NCBI GenBank assembly: GCA_028292625.1
Contig: JAQGLY010000088.1
Coordinates: 43,587-107,586, forward strand
Length of the DNA: 64,000 nt
Direction of reading: 5' to 3'
From: Herbaspirillum sp.
GTDB taxonomy: Bacteria > Pseudomonadota > Gammaproteobacteria > Burkholderiales > Burkholderiaceae_D
Made by a program: the position numbers and the translations under genes. Below the pieces are notes generated by a model. The model saw nothing but the letters and a program-made list of their open reading frames with translations. It was not told where the DNA came from and made no database searches. Shown here piece after piece: positions 21,496 through 32,228 of the stretch (within the stretch, counting starts at the first letter, position 1; the number at the start of each line of letters is the position of its first letter).

Positions 21496-23196
21496 TCAGG
21501 CGGCCAGGGTTTGCAGCGCGGGAGCTTGTTCGGTGGCGTCGGCCGCGATTTGCCGGTTGATCGCGCTCAGCACCGCCTTGAACGACGCGGTGACGATGTT
21601 GGCGTCGACGCCGACGCCGAAAGTGGTCGGCGCATCCTTCACCCGCAGTTCGATGTAGCTGGCCGCTTGCGCATTGGCGCCGGCGCCCAGCGAGTGTTCA
21701 TGGAAATCCATGAATTTGATGTCCAGATTCAGCGCATTGATGAACGCGTCGATCGGGCCGTTGCCTTTGCCGTGCAGCGTGACCGGCTTGCCGCCGCGTT
21801 CGATGTCGATTTCGATGTCGATCGCCTGCTTCTGGACGGAATCCTCTTTCATCCTGTGCGCGCGGTAGATGTACGGCGTGGTCTGATCCAGATATTCGCG
21901 CTTGAAGATCGCATAGATGTCGGCGGCGGCGATTTCCTTGCCGGTGGCGTCGGCTTCGCGCTGAATCGCGCGGCTGAACTCGATCTGCAGCCGGCGTGGC
22001 AGCACCAGGCCGTATTCCGCTTCGAGCAGATAGGCCATGCCGCCCTTGCCGGACTGGCTGTTGACGCGGATCACCGCATCGTAGCTGCGGCCGAGATCGG
22101 CCGGGTCGATCGGCAGATACGGGATTTCCCAGATCGCATCGGCTTTTTGCACGGCGAAACCTTTTTTGATCGCGTCCTGATGCGAGCCGGAAAAAGCGGT
22201 AAACACCAGATCGCCGACATACGGATGACGCGGATGCACCGGCAACTGATTGCATTCCTCCACGGTTTGGCGCACCGAATCGATATCGGAGAAATCCAGG
22301 CCCGGATTCACGCCCTGCGTGTACAAATTCAAGGCCAGTGTGACCAGATCGACATTGCCGGTGCGTTCGCCGTTGCCGAACAGACAACCTTCGACGCGTT
22401 GCGCGCCGGCCATCACGGCCAGTTCGGCGGAGGCGACGGCGGTGCCGCGGTCGTTATGCGGGTGGACCGAAATGATCACCGAGTCGCGGCGTTCCAGATG
22501 GCGATGCATCCATTCGATCTGATCGGCGTACACATTAGGCGTGCTGCACTCGACGGTGGACGGCAGATTGAAAATCACCGGGCGCTGCGGCGTGGCCTGC
22601 CAGGTGGCGGATACCGCGTCGCAGATCTCCTTGGAGAAATCGAGTTCGGTCATGCTGAACGATTCCGGCGAATATTCGAAGCGCCAGGCGGTTTGCGGCA
22701 ACGCATCGGTCAAATCCTTGACCAGTTGGGTGCCGGTGACGGCGATTTGCTTGATTTCGTCGCGCGACATCTTGAACACGATTTTGCGGAACGCCGGCGC
22801 CACCGAGTTGTACAGATGGATGATGGCCTGCTTCGCACCCACCACCGAATCCACGGTGCGGCGGATCAGCTCATCGCGCGATTGCGTCAGCGCAATGATG
22901 GTGACGTCGTCCGGGATGCGTTTCTGGTCGACCAGCTGCCGCACGAAATCGAAGTCGGTCTGCGACGCGGACGGAAAGCCGACTTCGATTTCCTTGAGGC
23001 CGATCTGCACCAGCATGTCGAAAAAGCGCAATTTGCGTTCGACGCTCATCGGTTCGATCAGCGCCTGGTTGCCGTCGCGCAGATCGGTGCTCATCCAGAT
23101 CGGCGGCTTGTCGATGATTTGATTGGGCCAGGTGCGGTCGGGCAATGCGACAGGCGGGAACGGGCGGTATTTCTGGGAAGGGTTGCTTAACATCAT
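21496..23196 (-). CDS. leuA: 2-isopropylmalate synthase, long (LeuA type 2) form
   Basis: 566 aa. N-terminus ...[24 protein letters not shown], then [11 protein letters not shown] and a C-terminal LeuA dimerisation/regulatory domain. Confidence 0.95.
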   Translation of the reverse strand: MMLSNPSQKYRPFPPVALPDRTWPNQIIDKPPIWMSTDLRDGNQALIEPMSVERKLRFFDMLVQIGLKEIEVGFPSASQTDFDFVRQLVDQKRIPDDVTIIALTQSRDELIRRTVDSVVGAKQAIIHLYNSVAPAFRKIVFKMSRDEIKQIAVTGTQLVKDLTDALPQTAWRFEYSPESFSMTELDFSKEICDAVSATWQATPQRPVIFNLPSTVECSTPNVYADQIEWMHRHLERRDSVIISVHPHNDRGTAVASAELAVMAGAQRVEGCLFGNGERTGNVDLVTLALNLYTQGVNPGLDFSDIDSVRQTVEECNQLPVHPRHPYVGDLVFTAFSGSHQDAIKKGFAVQKADAIWEIPYLPIDPADLGRSYDAVIRVNSQSGKGGMAYLLEAEYGLVLPRRLQIEFSRAIQREADATGKEIAAADIYAIFKREYLDQTTPYIYRAHRMKEDSVQKQAIDIEIDIERGGKPVTLHGKGNGPIDAFINALNLDIKFMDFHEHSLGAGANAQAASYIELRVKDAPTTFGVGVDANIVTASFKAVLSAINRQIAADATEQAPALQTLAA

Positions 23197-23267
23197 GGTG
23201 AGCCTCTGCGAATAATTTGTTCAATCCGAATAGTTGATCGTGGCATTCGAGGCTGCCTGACTGCCAC

Positions 23268-23384
23268 TTAACGCGAGGCCAGGCAACCGATCGGCAGCGG
23301 TAGTAGCGCCAGCGCAAGCGCAAAGATCGTCAACGCGATGATTTCATCGTGTTTGGACGTCAGGATCATTGGCTTGAAATGCAT
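23268..23384 (-). CDS. candidate 38-codon Leu-rich leader peptide / small hydrophobic peptide upstream of leuA
   Basis: Hand translation of the minus strand: MHFKPMILTSKHDEIIALTIFALALALLPLPIGCLASR*. It has 9 Leu, including a tandem CTA-CTA, which looks like an uncommon Leu codon in this window's genes. It ends 71 nt before the leuA ATG, and alternative hairpins follow it. No homology support. Confidence 0.25.
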   Translation of the reverse strand: MHFKPMILTSKHDEIIALTIFALALALLPLPIGCLASR

Positions 23385-23738
23385 GGTTTGCGCGTTCGGA
23401 TATGTGGGTATTTGGCGTCGGGGCCGTTTGCCTTGAAGGCGAATGCAAGATTATATCGGTTTTACAGCGAATTTATCGCGGGTACTGGCGGTAAGCTAGC
23501 TTAGCCGTAATGATAGCAGCAGCGCCGGCAGGGAGCGGGCTGGCAGTAGTAGAGAGGAATGGGGAATGGATGACATTTGCTCACTGTAGGAGATAGCTGG
23601 ACGGCTTGTCAAGCGTTAACTGGACGGTGCGTTGCGTGAATGCGGACGGGGAGATGTTGGTGTTGAGGAAATTATTGTCGAAAAGAAATTCATGACGCGC
23701 CGATCTTTCAAAAATAAATAAAATTTTTTACCGATTCT

Positions 23739-23765
23739 TGTCGATTGGGCTATGGTTGATTCGTC
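23739..23765 (+). promoter_or_regulatory. candidate ECF(41/42-type) promoter: TGTCGA-N17-CGTC
   Basis: TGTCGA at 23739-23744 and CGTC at 23762-23765, about 80 nt upstream of the VOC-YciI-YciI2-sigma array. It sits at the edge of an AT-rich divergent intergenic region. The motif is recalled from the ECF41/42 literature and was not verified. Confidence 0.4.
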
Positions 23766-23845
23766 GTAGCCAGAGAGAAGGGAAATTTCCCGGTCGCCTT
23801 TTATGACAGGAAGTCCGTCTCGCCTTTTTTAACCGACAGGAGACC

Positions 23846-24325
23846 ATGATGACAGAATCGAAAGTGAAACCCATCCCCGAAGACATGCATACGATCACGC
23901 CGCATCTGGTGTGCGCCGGTGCTGCCGACGCGATTGCCTTTTATCAAAAAGCGTTCGGCGCAGTGGAACGCGGACGTCTGGCCGGACCGCAGGGAAAGCT
24001 GATGCATGCAGCTGTCAAGATCGGCGATTCGACGGTGATGCTGATGGACGAATTCCAGGAATGGGGAGCCTTGGGTCCGAAGGCGCTGAAAGGGACATCG
24101 GTGACGATTCATCTGTATGTCGACGATGTGGACGCAGTGTTTGCGCGCGCCATCGCCGCCGGCGCCAAGGAAAAGATGAAGCCGCAGGACATGTTCTGGG
24201 GCGACCGCTACGGCCAGGTCGAAGATCCGTTCGGTCATAGCTGGTCGATAGCCACGCACGTCCGCGATGTCAGTCCGGAGGAAATGCAGCAGGCCGCGCA
24301 AAAAGGGTGCACTGCAGCCCAGTAA
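23846..24325 (+). CDS. VOC (glyoxalase/bleomycin-resistance fold) family protein, PhnB-like
   Basis: 159 aa. ITPHLVCAGAADAIAFYQKAFGA ... MFWGDRYGQVEDPFGHSWSIATH is typical of PhnB-like VOC proteins. AGGAG SD upstream. Confidence 0.85.
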   Translation: MMTESKVKPIPEDMHTITPHLVCAGAADAIAFYQKAFGAVERGRLAGPQGKLMHAAVKIGDSTVMLMDEFQEWGALGPKALKGTSVTIHLYVDDVDAVFARAIAAGAKEKMKPQDMFWGDRYGQVEDPFGHSWSIATHVRDVSPEEMQQAAQKGCTAAQ

Positions 24326-24364
24326 GCGCCAGCTCGACGCGGGATAAGGGAAGGGAGAGCGATC

Positions 24365-24721
24365 ATGCGATTCATGATTTTGGCGAAAGCCGATAAAAAC
24401 AGCGAAGCGGGCGTCAGACCCGACCCGCAGTGGCTGGCCCGCATGGACCGGTATAACAAGGAGCTGGTGAACGCGGGGGTGCTGCTGGCGGCGGAGAGGC
24501 TGCATTCCAGCGCCGGCGGCGCGCGCGTGCGCTTTGCCGGCGGCCGGACGACAGTGGTGGATGGGCCTTTCGGCAACGCGGAGCGAAGCGGCGAGCTGTT
24601 GGCCGGCTTCTGGCTGATCCAGGCGCAATCCAGAGCCGAGGCGATCGAATGGGTCAAGCGTTGCCCGATGGGGGACGGCGCTGAACTGGAAATCCGGCAG
24701 GCGTGCGACGCAGAGGATTGA
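24365..24721 (+). CDS. YciI/DGPF-domain protein (single domain)
   Basis: 118 aa. MRFMILAKAD...VVDGPF...ELLAGFWLIQAQSRAEAIEWVKRCP is typical of the YCII-related (DGPF) family. Confidence 0.85.
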   Translation: MRFMILAKADKNSEAGVRPDPQWLARMDRYNKELVNAGVLLAAERLHSSAGGARVRFAGGRTTVVDGPFGNAERSGELLAGFWLIQAQSRAEAIEWVKRCPMGDGAELEIRQACDAED

Positions 24722-24765
24722 CGCCGGCACGCTGTCATCGAACGAATAACGCATACGGAGAACAC

Positions 24766-25638
24766 ATGTTATTTCTTATTTTGCGCAAGGCGGGAAAAAA
24801 TACCGAAGCCGGCCTGATGCCGGGCGCTGAACTGTTTAGCGCGATGGGCAGCTACCACGAGCAAATGGCGCAAGCCGGCATCCTGCGCGCCGGCGAGGGC
24901 CTGCAACCCAGCGCCAAGGGCGTGCGCGTCAAATTATCCGACGGCAAGGCCAGCGTGATCGACGGTCCGTTCGCCGAAACCAAGGAGTTGATCGCCGGCT
25001 TTTCGATGATCGACGTGGCCTCGAAACAGGAGGCGATCGAATGGGTCAAGCGCTGGCCGGTCGAGGATGGCGACGTCACGCTGGAGATCCGCGAGGTCGG
25101 CTGCCCCGGCGGCTGCGTCGGCGTCGATCCTGCGGAGGCGGCCGCGTTAGCCGGCGCGGCCGGCAACGGCGGCAAGCCGGGAATACGGTTTGCGATCCTG
25201 CTGCGTTCCGACCAAAACACCGAAGCCGATGCCGTTCCCGACAGCAAGCTGATCGATGCGATGAACGACTATAACCGACAAGCGGTGAAAGACGGCGTCT
25301 TGCTGGCGGGGCAGGGCTTGCAGTCCAGCACCAAGGGCGCGCGCGTCCAATTCAGCGGCGGCAAGCCGATCGTCACCGACGGCCCGTTCGCCGAAATCAA
25401 GGAGTTGATCGCCGGTTTCTGGATCATCCGCGTGGCGTCGAAACACGATGCGATCGCATGGGCCAGCCGTTATCCGTATCCGCTCGGCGCCAAGGTGGAA
25501 GTGGAAATCCGTCAGGTATATGAAGCGGAGGATTTCGGCGACGCTTTCCCACCCGAGATGAGAGAGGCCGAGGAGCGCATGCGGGCGCAATTGCTGGAGT
25601 CCGGCATGCAGCCGACGCTGGCCGGCGCGCCGCGGTGA
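24766..25638 (+). CDS. tandem YciI/DGPF-domain protein (two domains)
   Basis: The track ORF starts at 24703. ATG 24766 is preceded by GGAG and gives MLFLILRKAG.... Two repeats each contain DGPFAE(T/I)KELIAGF...AIEW/AIAW, joined by a Gly/Ala/Cys linker. Confidence 0.85.
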   Translation: MLFLILRKAGKNTEAGLMPGAELFSAMGSYHEQMAQAGILRAGEGLQPSAKGVRVKLSDGKASVIDGPFAETKELIAGFSMIDVASKQEAIEWVKRWPVEDGDVTLEIREVGCPGGCVGVDPAEAAALAGAAGNGGKPGIRFAILLRSDQNTEADAVPDSKLIDAMNDYNRQAVKDGVLLAGQGLQSSTKGARVQFSGGKPIVTDGPFAEIKELIAGFWIIRVASKHDAIAWASRYPYPLGAKVEVEIRQVYEAEDFGDAFPPEMREAEERMRAQLLESGMQPTLAGAPR

Positions 25639-25657
25639 CAGCGGCGGACAGCCGGAC

Positions 25658-26938
25658 GTGACGACGCCCGATTGCCATCGCGCCATCGAAGCGATCTGGC
25701 GCATAGAGTCGGCCCGCATCATCGCCGTGCTGGCACGCATGCTGCGCGACGTCGGCGAGGCCGAAGAGTTGGCGCAGGATGCGCTGGTCGAAGCGCTGGA
25801 ACGCTGGCCGGGCGCCGGCATTCCGGACAATCCCGCCGCATGGCTGATGGCGGTGGCCAAAAACCGGGCGCTGGATCAGTTGCGGCGGCGCAGGCTGCAT
25901 GGACAAAAAAAAGGAGAATTGACCTACGAGACCGAAGCGCGCCTGGCGGCGGCGTCGCCCGATCCCGCCGATGTGGTCGCGGCCGGCTTGGACGACAATA
26001 TCGGCGACGACTTGCTGCGGCTGGTGTTCACTGCCTGTCATCCGGTATTGCCGACCGAGGCGCGGGTAGCGCTGACCTTGCGTTTGCTGGGCGGCCTGAG
26101 CACCGAGGAAATCGCACGCGCCTTTCTGGTGCCCGAGCCGACCGTCGCGCAGCGCATCGTGCGCGCCAAGCGCACCCTGGCCGAAGCCCGCGTGCCGTTC
26201 GAAGCGCCGGACGCGGCGCAAATGACGCTGCGTCTGGCATCGGTGCTACAGGTGATCTATCTGATTTTCAACGAGGGCTATGCGGCCAGCGCCGGCCACG
26301 ACTGGCTGCGCCCGGCGCTGTGCGAAGAAGCGTTGCGGCTGGGGCGGATCCTGGCTGAATTGATGCCCGATGAGGCGGAAGTGCACGGCCTGGTCGGATT
26401 GATGGAAATCCAGTCCTCGCGGGCGCGCGCCCGTATCGGTCCCGACGGCGCGCCGGTGCTGCTGCTGGAGCAGGACCGCGGGCGCTGGGACCGCCTGCTG
26501 ATCCGCCGCGGTCTGGCCGCGCTGGAGCGCGCCGAACGGCTGGGCGGCGCCTTCGGCCCGTATGCTCTGCAGGCGGCCATCGCCGCTTGCCATGCGCGGG
26601 CGCCCACGGCCGCGGCGACCGATTGGGGCCGCATCGCCGCTCTGTACGACGCGCTGGCGCAACTGGCGCCGTCGCCGGTAGTCGAACTGAACCGGGCGGT
26701 GGCGCTGGCGATGGCCTTCGGTCCCGCGGCCGGTTTGGAACTTGTCGACAAATTGACGGCCGAACCCGCACTGAAACACTATCATCTGCTGCCCAGCGTC
26801 CGTGGTGATTTTCTGTCCAAACTGGGCCGTTTCGACGAGGCGCGGGCGGAGTTCGAGCGCGCCGCGTCGCTGACGCAAAACAGCCGTGAGCGCACGCTGC
26901 TGCTGGCGCGCGCAAAGGACTGTACGCCGGGCGATTGA
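25658..26938 (+). CDS. ECF sigma factor with long C-terminal (TPR-like/DUF6596-type) extension, ECF42-like
   Basis: 426 aa, GTG start. Sigma-70 region 2 (EELAQDALVEALERWP...NPAAWLMAVAKNRALDQLRR) and region 4 (LGGLSTEEIARAFLVPEPTVAQRIVRAKRTL), plus an extension of about 230 aa. The DGPF-gene context matches the ECF42 group. Confidence 0.88.
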   Translation: MTTPDCHRAIEAIWRIESARIIAVLARMLRDVGEAEELAQDALVEALERWPGAGIPDNPAAWLMAVAKNRALDQLRRRRLHGQKKGELTYETEARLAAASPDPADVVAAGLDDNIGDDLLRLVFTACHPVLPTEARVALTLRLLGGLSTEEIARAFLVPEPTVAQRIVRAKRTLAEARVPFEAPDAAQMTLRLASVLQVIYLIFNEGYAASAGHDWLRPALCEEALRLGRILAELMPDEAEVHGLVGLMEIQSSRARARIGPDGAPVLLLEQDRGRWDRLLIRRGLAALERAERLGGAFGPYALQAAIAACHARAPTAAATDWGRIAALYDALAQLAPSPVVELNRAVALAMAFGPAAGLELVDKLTAEPALKHYHLLPSVRGDFLSKLGRFDEARAEFERAASLTQNSRERTLLLARAKDCTPGD

Positions 26939-27009
26939 GCCATGCTGGCATATCCGACAGACGGCCGGTAAACGCCCTCCCTGCCTGATGTTAGAATCCA
27001 TCGTCGATC

Positions 27010-27672
27010 ATGTGGGCGCCCCGATGCAAGAATATGCAAGAAGCTAGCGAACTGATAGCGTGTCACGAATGTGACGCGGTCTACCAAAGACTTCATCTGA
27101 AGCGTCGCGAGATATCGCATTGCGAACGCTGCGGCGCCGAACTCGAACGCAATGTCGAGCGCCAGGCCGCGCATATGGTGCCGCTGGCTCTGACCAGTCT
27201 GATCGTCTTCATCGTCGCCAATTGCTTCCCCATCGTCGAAATCGAAGCGCAAGGACTGCGCAGCGAAACCACGCTGGTTGGCGCGGTGGTCGCGCTCGGC
27301 CAGAATGGCATGCCGGAGGTGGCGCTGGTGGTGCTGGCGACCACGCTGCTGTTTCCACTAATACAACTCCTTATCCTGCTATATCTGTTGTTGCCGCTGC
27401 CACGCGTCGGTGCGATGCCGGGCTTCAACCTGTGCGCGCGTTTGTTGCTGATGTTGCGCCCGTGGGGCATGGTCGAAGTGTTTCTGCTGGGCGTACTGGT
27501 GGCGTTGATCAAGTTGTCCGGCATCGCGCGCGTGATCCCCGGTGTGGCCTTGTGGGCGTTCGCCGTGCTGACCGTATTGCTGGTGCTGGTGGTGACCTTC
27601 GATCCGCGTTACCTGTGGCAATTGGCCGACCGTGTCGACAACGGCGACATTTCAAAAGGGCCTGCGCCATGA
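27010..27672 (+). CDS. pqiA: PqiA-family membrane protein, first half-size copy
   Basis: 220 aa. Zn-ribbon-like CHECD..CERCG, then TM helices typical of paraquat-inducible protein A. The alternative start ATG 27034 (MQEASELIACHECD) is equally plausible. Confidence 0.85.
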   Translation: MWAPRCKNMQEASELIACHECDAVYQRLHLKRREISHCERCGAELERNVERQAAHMVPLALTSLIVFIVANCFPIVEIEAQGLRSETTLVGAVVALGQNGMPEVALVVLATTLLFPLIQLLILLYLLLPLPRVGAMPGFNLCARLLLMLRPWGMVEVFLLGVLVALIKLSGIARVIPGVALWAFAVLTVLLVLVVTFDPRYLWQLADRVDNGDISKGPAP

Positions 27673-28421
27673 TGCGCTGGCGTCGGTGGCGGGCGGCGAG
27701 GCCGGCGGCGAATGGCTCCGCGCGTCCGGACGACGTCGATTTCGAGTGCTGGGGCGAAGCCCTGAGCCAAAAAGCCAGCGGCAGGGCCGCATTGACGGCG
27801 GACGGCCTGGGCGTCATCGCCTGCCACGCCTGCGGTACGGTGTGGCGCGATGCCTGCGAAGGCGAGTGCTGCGCGCGTTGCGGCGCCGGGCTGCGCCGCC
27901 GCAAAACGAAAAGCATACAGCGCACCTGGGCATTCCTGATCGCCGCCTGCATTTTGTACATTCCCGCCAATCTGATGCCGGTGATGGTGACGTCGACCTT
28001 GTTCGACGAGCAGCGCGATACCATCATGAGCGGCATCGTTTATTTCTGGGCCAGCGGCGAGTGGGAGCTGGCGGTCATCGTATTCATCGCCAGTTTTCTG
28101 GTGCCGCTGTTCAAGCTGGGGGCGATGATGCTGATGGTGCTCGCCACCCAGAACCGCAGCGCCTGGCGGGTATTGCAAAGGGCGCGGCTGTATCGGATCG
28201 TGGAGTTCATCGGCCGCTGGTCGATGCTGGACGTGTTCGTCGTCTCATTGCTGGCGGGCCTGGTGCAAATGAAAGGCTTCGCGACCATTACCGCCGGCCC
28301 TGGCGTGGCGGCGTTCGCCTCGGTGGTGGTGCTGACCATGCTAGCGTCGATCAGTTATGATCCGCGATTGGCATGGGATCATTCGCAAACGGATATGGAA
28401 GCAGAGGACATCAATTCATGA
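27669..28421 (+). CDS. pqiA: PqiA-family membrane protein, second half-size copy
   Basis: The real start is taken at ATG 27669 (ATGA overlap with the upstream stop). The 433-aa track ORF has a spurious N-terminal extension. CHACG..CARCG followed by TM helices. Confidence 0.85.
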   Translation: MMRWRRWRAARPAANGSARPDDVDFECWGEALSQKASGRAALTADGLGVIACHACGTVWRDACEGECCARCGAGLRRRKTKSIQRTWAFLIAACILYIPANLMPVMVTSTLFDEQRDTIMSGIVYFWASGEWELAVIVFIASFLVPLFKLGAMMLMVLATQNRSAWRVLQRARLYRIVEFIGRWSMLDVFVVSLLAGLVQMKGFATITAGPGVAAFASVVVLTMLASISYDPRLAWDHSQTDMEAEDINS

Positions 28422-30067
28422 GCGACAACGAGCAAGTCCCCGCGGTCCCCCCCTCCAATCCTCAGGGTGCGCCACGGCCGCGCCGGGTGCGCCAGCGCGA
28501 TTGGCTGCCGTCGCTGGTATGGGTGATCCCGATGGTGGCCGCGGTCATCGGGCTGACGCTGGTATTCAAGCTGATGGTCGACCGCGGTCCCGAAATCACG
28601 ATCTCCTTCCGTTCGGCCGAAGGGCTGGAAGCGGGCAAGACGCAGGTCAAATACAAGGACGTCAATATCGGCACCGTGCAAGCCATTCGCCTCAGCGAAG
28701 ACCGCACGCATGTGCTGACGACCGTGAAGCTGACCAAGGAAGCCAAAAGCTTTACCGCCTCCGATACCCGTTTCTGGGTCGTGCGGCCGCGGGTCGCCGC
28801 CTCCGGCGTATCGGGCATCGGCACCTTGCTGTCGGGGGCGTATATCGCCGCCGACGCGGGCACGTCGAAAGAAAGCGCGGACGAGTTCGCCGGACTCGAA
28901 GCACCGCCCATCATTACGCGCGACGCCTCCGGCAAGCAGTTCGTGCTGCATGCGGACGATCTGGGATCGCTGGATATCGGCTCGCCTGTGTATTACCGGC
29001 GCATGGTGGTCGGGCAGGTGGCCGCTTACGAGATGAATACCGACGGCAAGGGCGTCACGCTGCGTCTGTTCATTAACGCCCCGTACGACAAGTTCGTCGG
29101 CGTCAATACGCGGTTCTGGCATGCCAGCGGTTTCGACGTGGAGCTCAACGCCAGCGGCTTCAAATTGCACACGCAGGCCCTGGCGACGGTGCTGCTTGGC
29201 GGCGTCGCGTTTCGCGCGCCGGATGACGAATTCGGCGCGGTCGCCGGCGAAAATACCGAATTTCAGCTGGCCGCCAGCGAAGAGGCGGCGTTGAAACCGC
29301 CGGACGGACCCGGCGAGACGCTGCTGCTGTATTTCCACCAATCCGTGCGCGGCCTGTCTCCGGGCGCGGTGGTCGATTTCCGCGGCGTGGCGCTGGGCGA
29401 AGTGAAATCGATCGGCATCGAATACGACGACAAGGCGCGCGAATTCGTGATGCCGGTGCTGATTCAGGTGTATCCGGAACGGCTGGGGCGCAAGCTGATG
29501 TCCATCGGCCGCGCCACGCAGAAATATGACGATCGGCAGCGTCTGGCGTACTTTGTCGGCCGCGGTTTGCGCGCGCAATTGCGGCCGGGGAACCTGCTGA
29601 CCGGCCAGATCTACGTGGCGCTGGACTTCTTCCCGAATGCGCCGCCGGCGAAAATCGATCTCTCGAAGACACCGCTGGAATTGCCGACCATTCCCGCCAC
29701 GCTGGACGAGTTGCAAACCCAGATCAGCGAGATCGCGCGGCGTCTGAGCAAAGTGCCGTTCGACGAGATCGGCGCCGACCTGCGGAAAACCATGAAGACC
29801 CTCAATCGCACGCTGGACAGCGCCGAAAAGCTGACCGACAGCCTGAACAACGACGTGGCGCCGGAAGTGACGGCGGCGATGAAGGATGTGCGCAAAACGC
29901 TGGACTCGGCCAACAAGACCCTGTCCGAGGACGCGCCGCTGCAGCAGGATTTACGCCAGACCTTGAAGGAAGTATCGCGCGCGGCCGGATCGTTGCGGAT
30001 ACTGTCCGATTATCTTGAACGCCATCCGGAGTCACTGATCCGGGGCAAGCCGGAGGATGGAAAATGA
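28418..30067 (+). CDS. pqiB: PqiB, multi-MCE-domain intermembrane transport protein
   Basis: 549 aa from ATG 28418 (ATGA overlap). N-terminal TM anchor, three MCE-like repeats and a C-terminal helical needle region. Confidence 0.9.
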   Translation: MSDNEQVPAVPPSNPQGAPRPRRVRQRDWLPSLVWVIPMVAAVIGLTLVFKLMVDRGPEITISFRSAEGLEAGKTQVKYKDVNIGTVQAIRLSEDRTHVLTTVKLTKEAKSFTASDTRFWVVRPRVAASGVSGIGTLLSGAYIAADAGTSKESADEFAGLEAPPIITRDASGKQFVLHADDLGSLDIGSPVYYRRMVVGQVAAYEMNTDGKGVTLRLFINAPYDKFVGVNTRFWHASGFDVELNASGFKLHTQALATVLLGGVAFRAPDDEFGAVAGENTEFQLAASEEAALKPPDGPGETLLLYFHQSVRGLSPGAVVDFRGVALGEVKSIGIEYDDKAREFVMPVLIQVYPERLGRKLMSIGRATQKYDDRQRLAYFVGRGLRAQLRPGNLLTGQIYVALDFFPNAPPAKIDLSKTPLELPTIPATLDELQTQISEIARRLSKVPFDEIGADLRKTMKTLNRTLDSAEKLTDSLNNDVAPEVTAAMKDVRKTLDSANKTLSEDAPLQQDLRQTLKEVSRAAGSLRILSDYLERHPESLIRGKPEDGK

Positions 30068-30735
30068 AGCGATCGAGTTTGACGGCGCGCTCGGCGCCCC
30101 GCATCGGGCATCTGTGGGGGCGGGCGGCGATGGCGGCGGCGCTGTTGTCGCTGGCGGCCTGTTCGTCGTCGCCGCCGCTGCGCTTCTACAGTCTGTCGGC
30201 GCCGGCCGCCGACGCCGCGCCCGCCGCGCCAACGATGCAGACGCGCAGCGCCGGCCTGTTCATCGAACTGGCGCCGGTCGGCGTGCCGGAACGCCTGACG
30301 CGGCCGCAGATCGTGGTGCAAAGGAGCGACGGCCACATCGACGTGCTGGAGCAGGATCGCTGGACCTCGTCGTTCGACAGCGAGTTGCGCGATACGCTGG
30401 CCAACGGTCTCGCGGCGCGGCTGGGGGCGATCGATGCGCTGCGCGGCGGCCGTCAGCCGGGACAGCCGGTGTACCGCATCGCCGTCGATCTGCGCCAGTT
30501 CGATGCAATCGGCGGCGAACGGGTGAACGCGGCTTTCGGCTGGACGGTGACGCGCATCGGCGTCGATGGCGACCGCGCGGCATCGTGCCAATCGACGTAT
30601 TCGGTGCCGGTCGCCGGCGGCGGTACGGACTCGCTGGTGAAGGGCATGCAGACGGCGGTCGCGATTGCCACGGCGGCGATTGCGGCGACGGTCGACAATG
30701 TCAGGGGGAGCGGAACGGCCGCTTGCGGCTCCTGA
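30064..30735 (+). CDS. pqiC: PqiC-like lipoprotein (ABC-type transport auxiliary component, DUF330)
   Basis: 223 aa. Lipobox LLSLAACSSS. ATGA overlap with pqiB. Motif RPQIVV...D.W... Confidence 0.8.
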   Translation: MKRSSLTARSAPRIGHLWGRAAMAAALLSLAACSSSPPLRFYSLSAPAADAAPAAPTMQTRSAGLFIELAPVGVPERLTRPQIVVQRSDGHIDVLEQDRWTSSFDSELRDTLANGLAARLGAIDALRGGRQPGQPVYRIAVDLRQFDAIGGERVNAAFGWTVTRIGVDGDRAASCQSTYSVPVAGGGTDSLVKGMQTAVAIATAAIAATVDNVRGSGTAACGS

Positions 30736-30756
30736 CGGATAGGAATTGCGGGGCGT

Positions 30757-30798
30757 AAAAAAGCCGCTGCGGTTTTCACCGCAGCGGCTTTGTCATTT
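30757..30798. terminator. bidirectional rho-independent terminator between pqiC and the convergent helicase gene
   Basis: 10-bp GC stem GCCGCTGCGG/CCGCAGCGGC with a 6-nt loop, flanked by an A-run upstream and a T-run downstream. Confidence 0.7.
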
Positions 30799-30830
30799 CA
30801 ACGGCTTTGGATCGCCGTCAATATCGACTC

Positions 30831-32228
<1,398 letters not shown>

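Noticed and set aside
21421-23190. 589-aa plus-strand ORF over leuA
   Set aside because: It is antisense to canonical LeuA and has no motifs, so it is a shadow ORF.
23801-24754. 317-aa minus-strand ORF over the VOC and YciI genes; likewise 30807..32051 (+), 4016..4858 (-), 37325..38563 (-), 58594..59550 (+) and similar
   Set aside because: All are antisense to genes with clear family motifs and have the Arg/His/Gln-rich composition of GC shadows.
27120-27668. N-terminal 183 codons of the 433-aa track ORF (27120..28421)
   Set aside because: This part overlaps the first pqiA gene in another frame and is Arg/Gly-rich. The PqiA-like sequence begins at ATG 27669, which overlaps the upstream stop.
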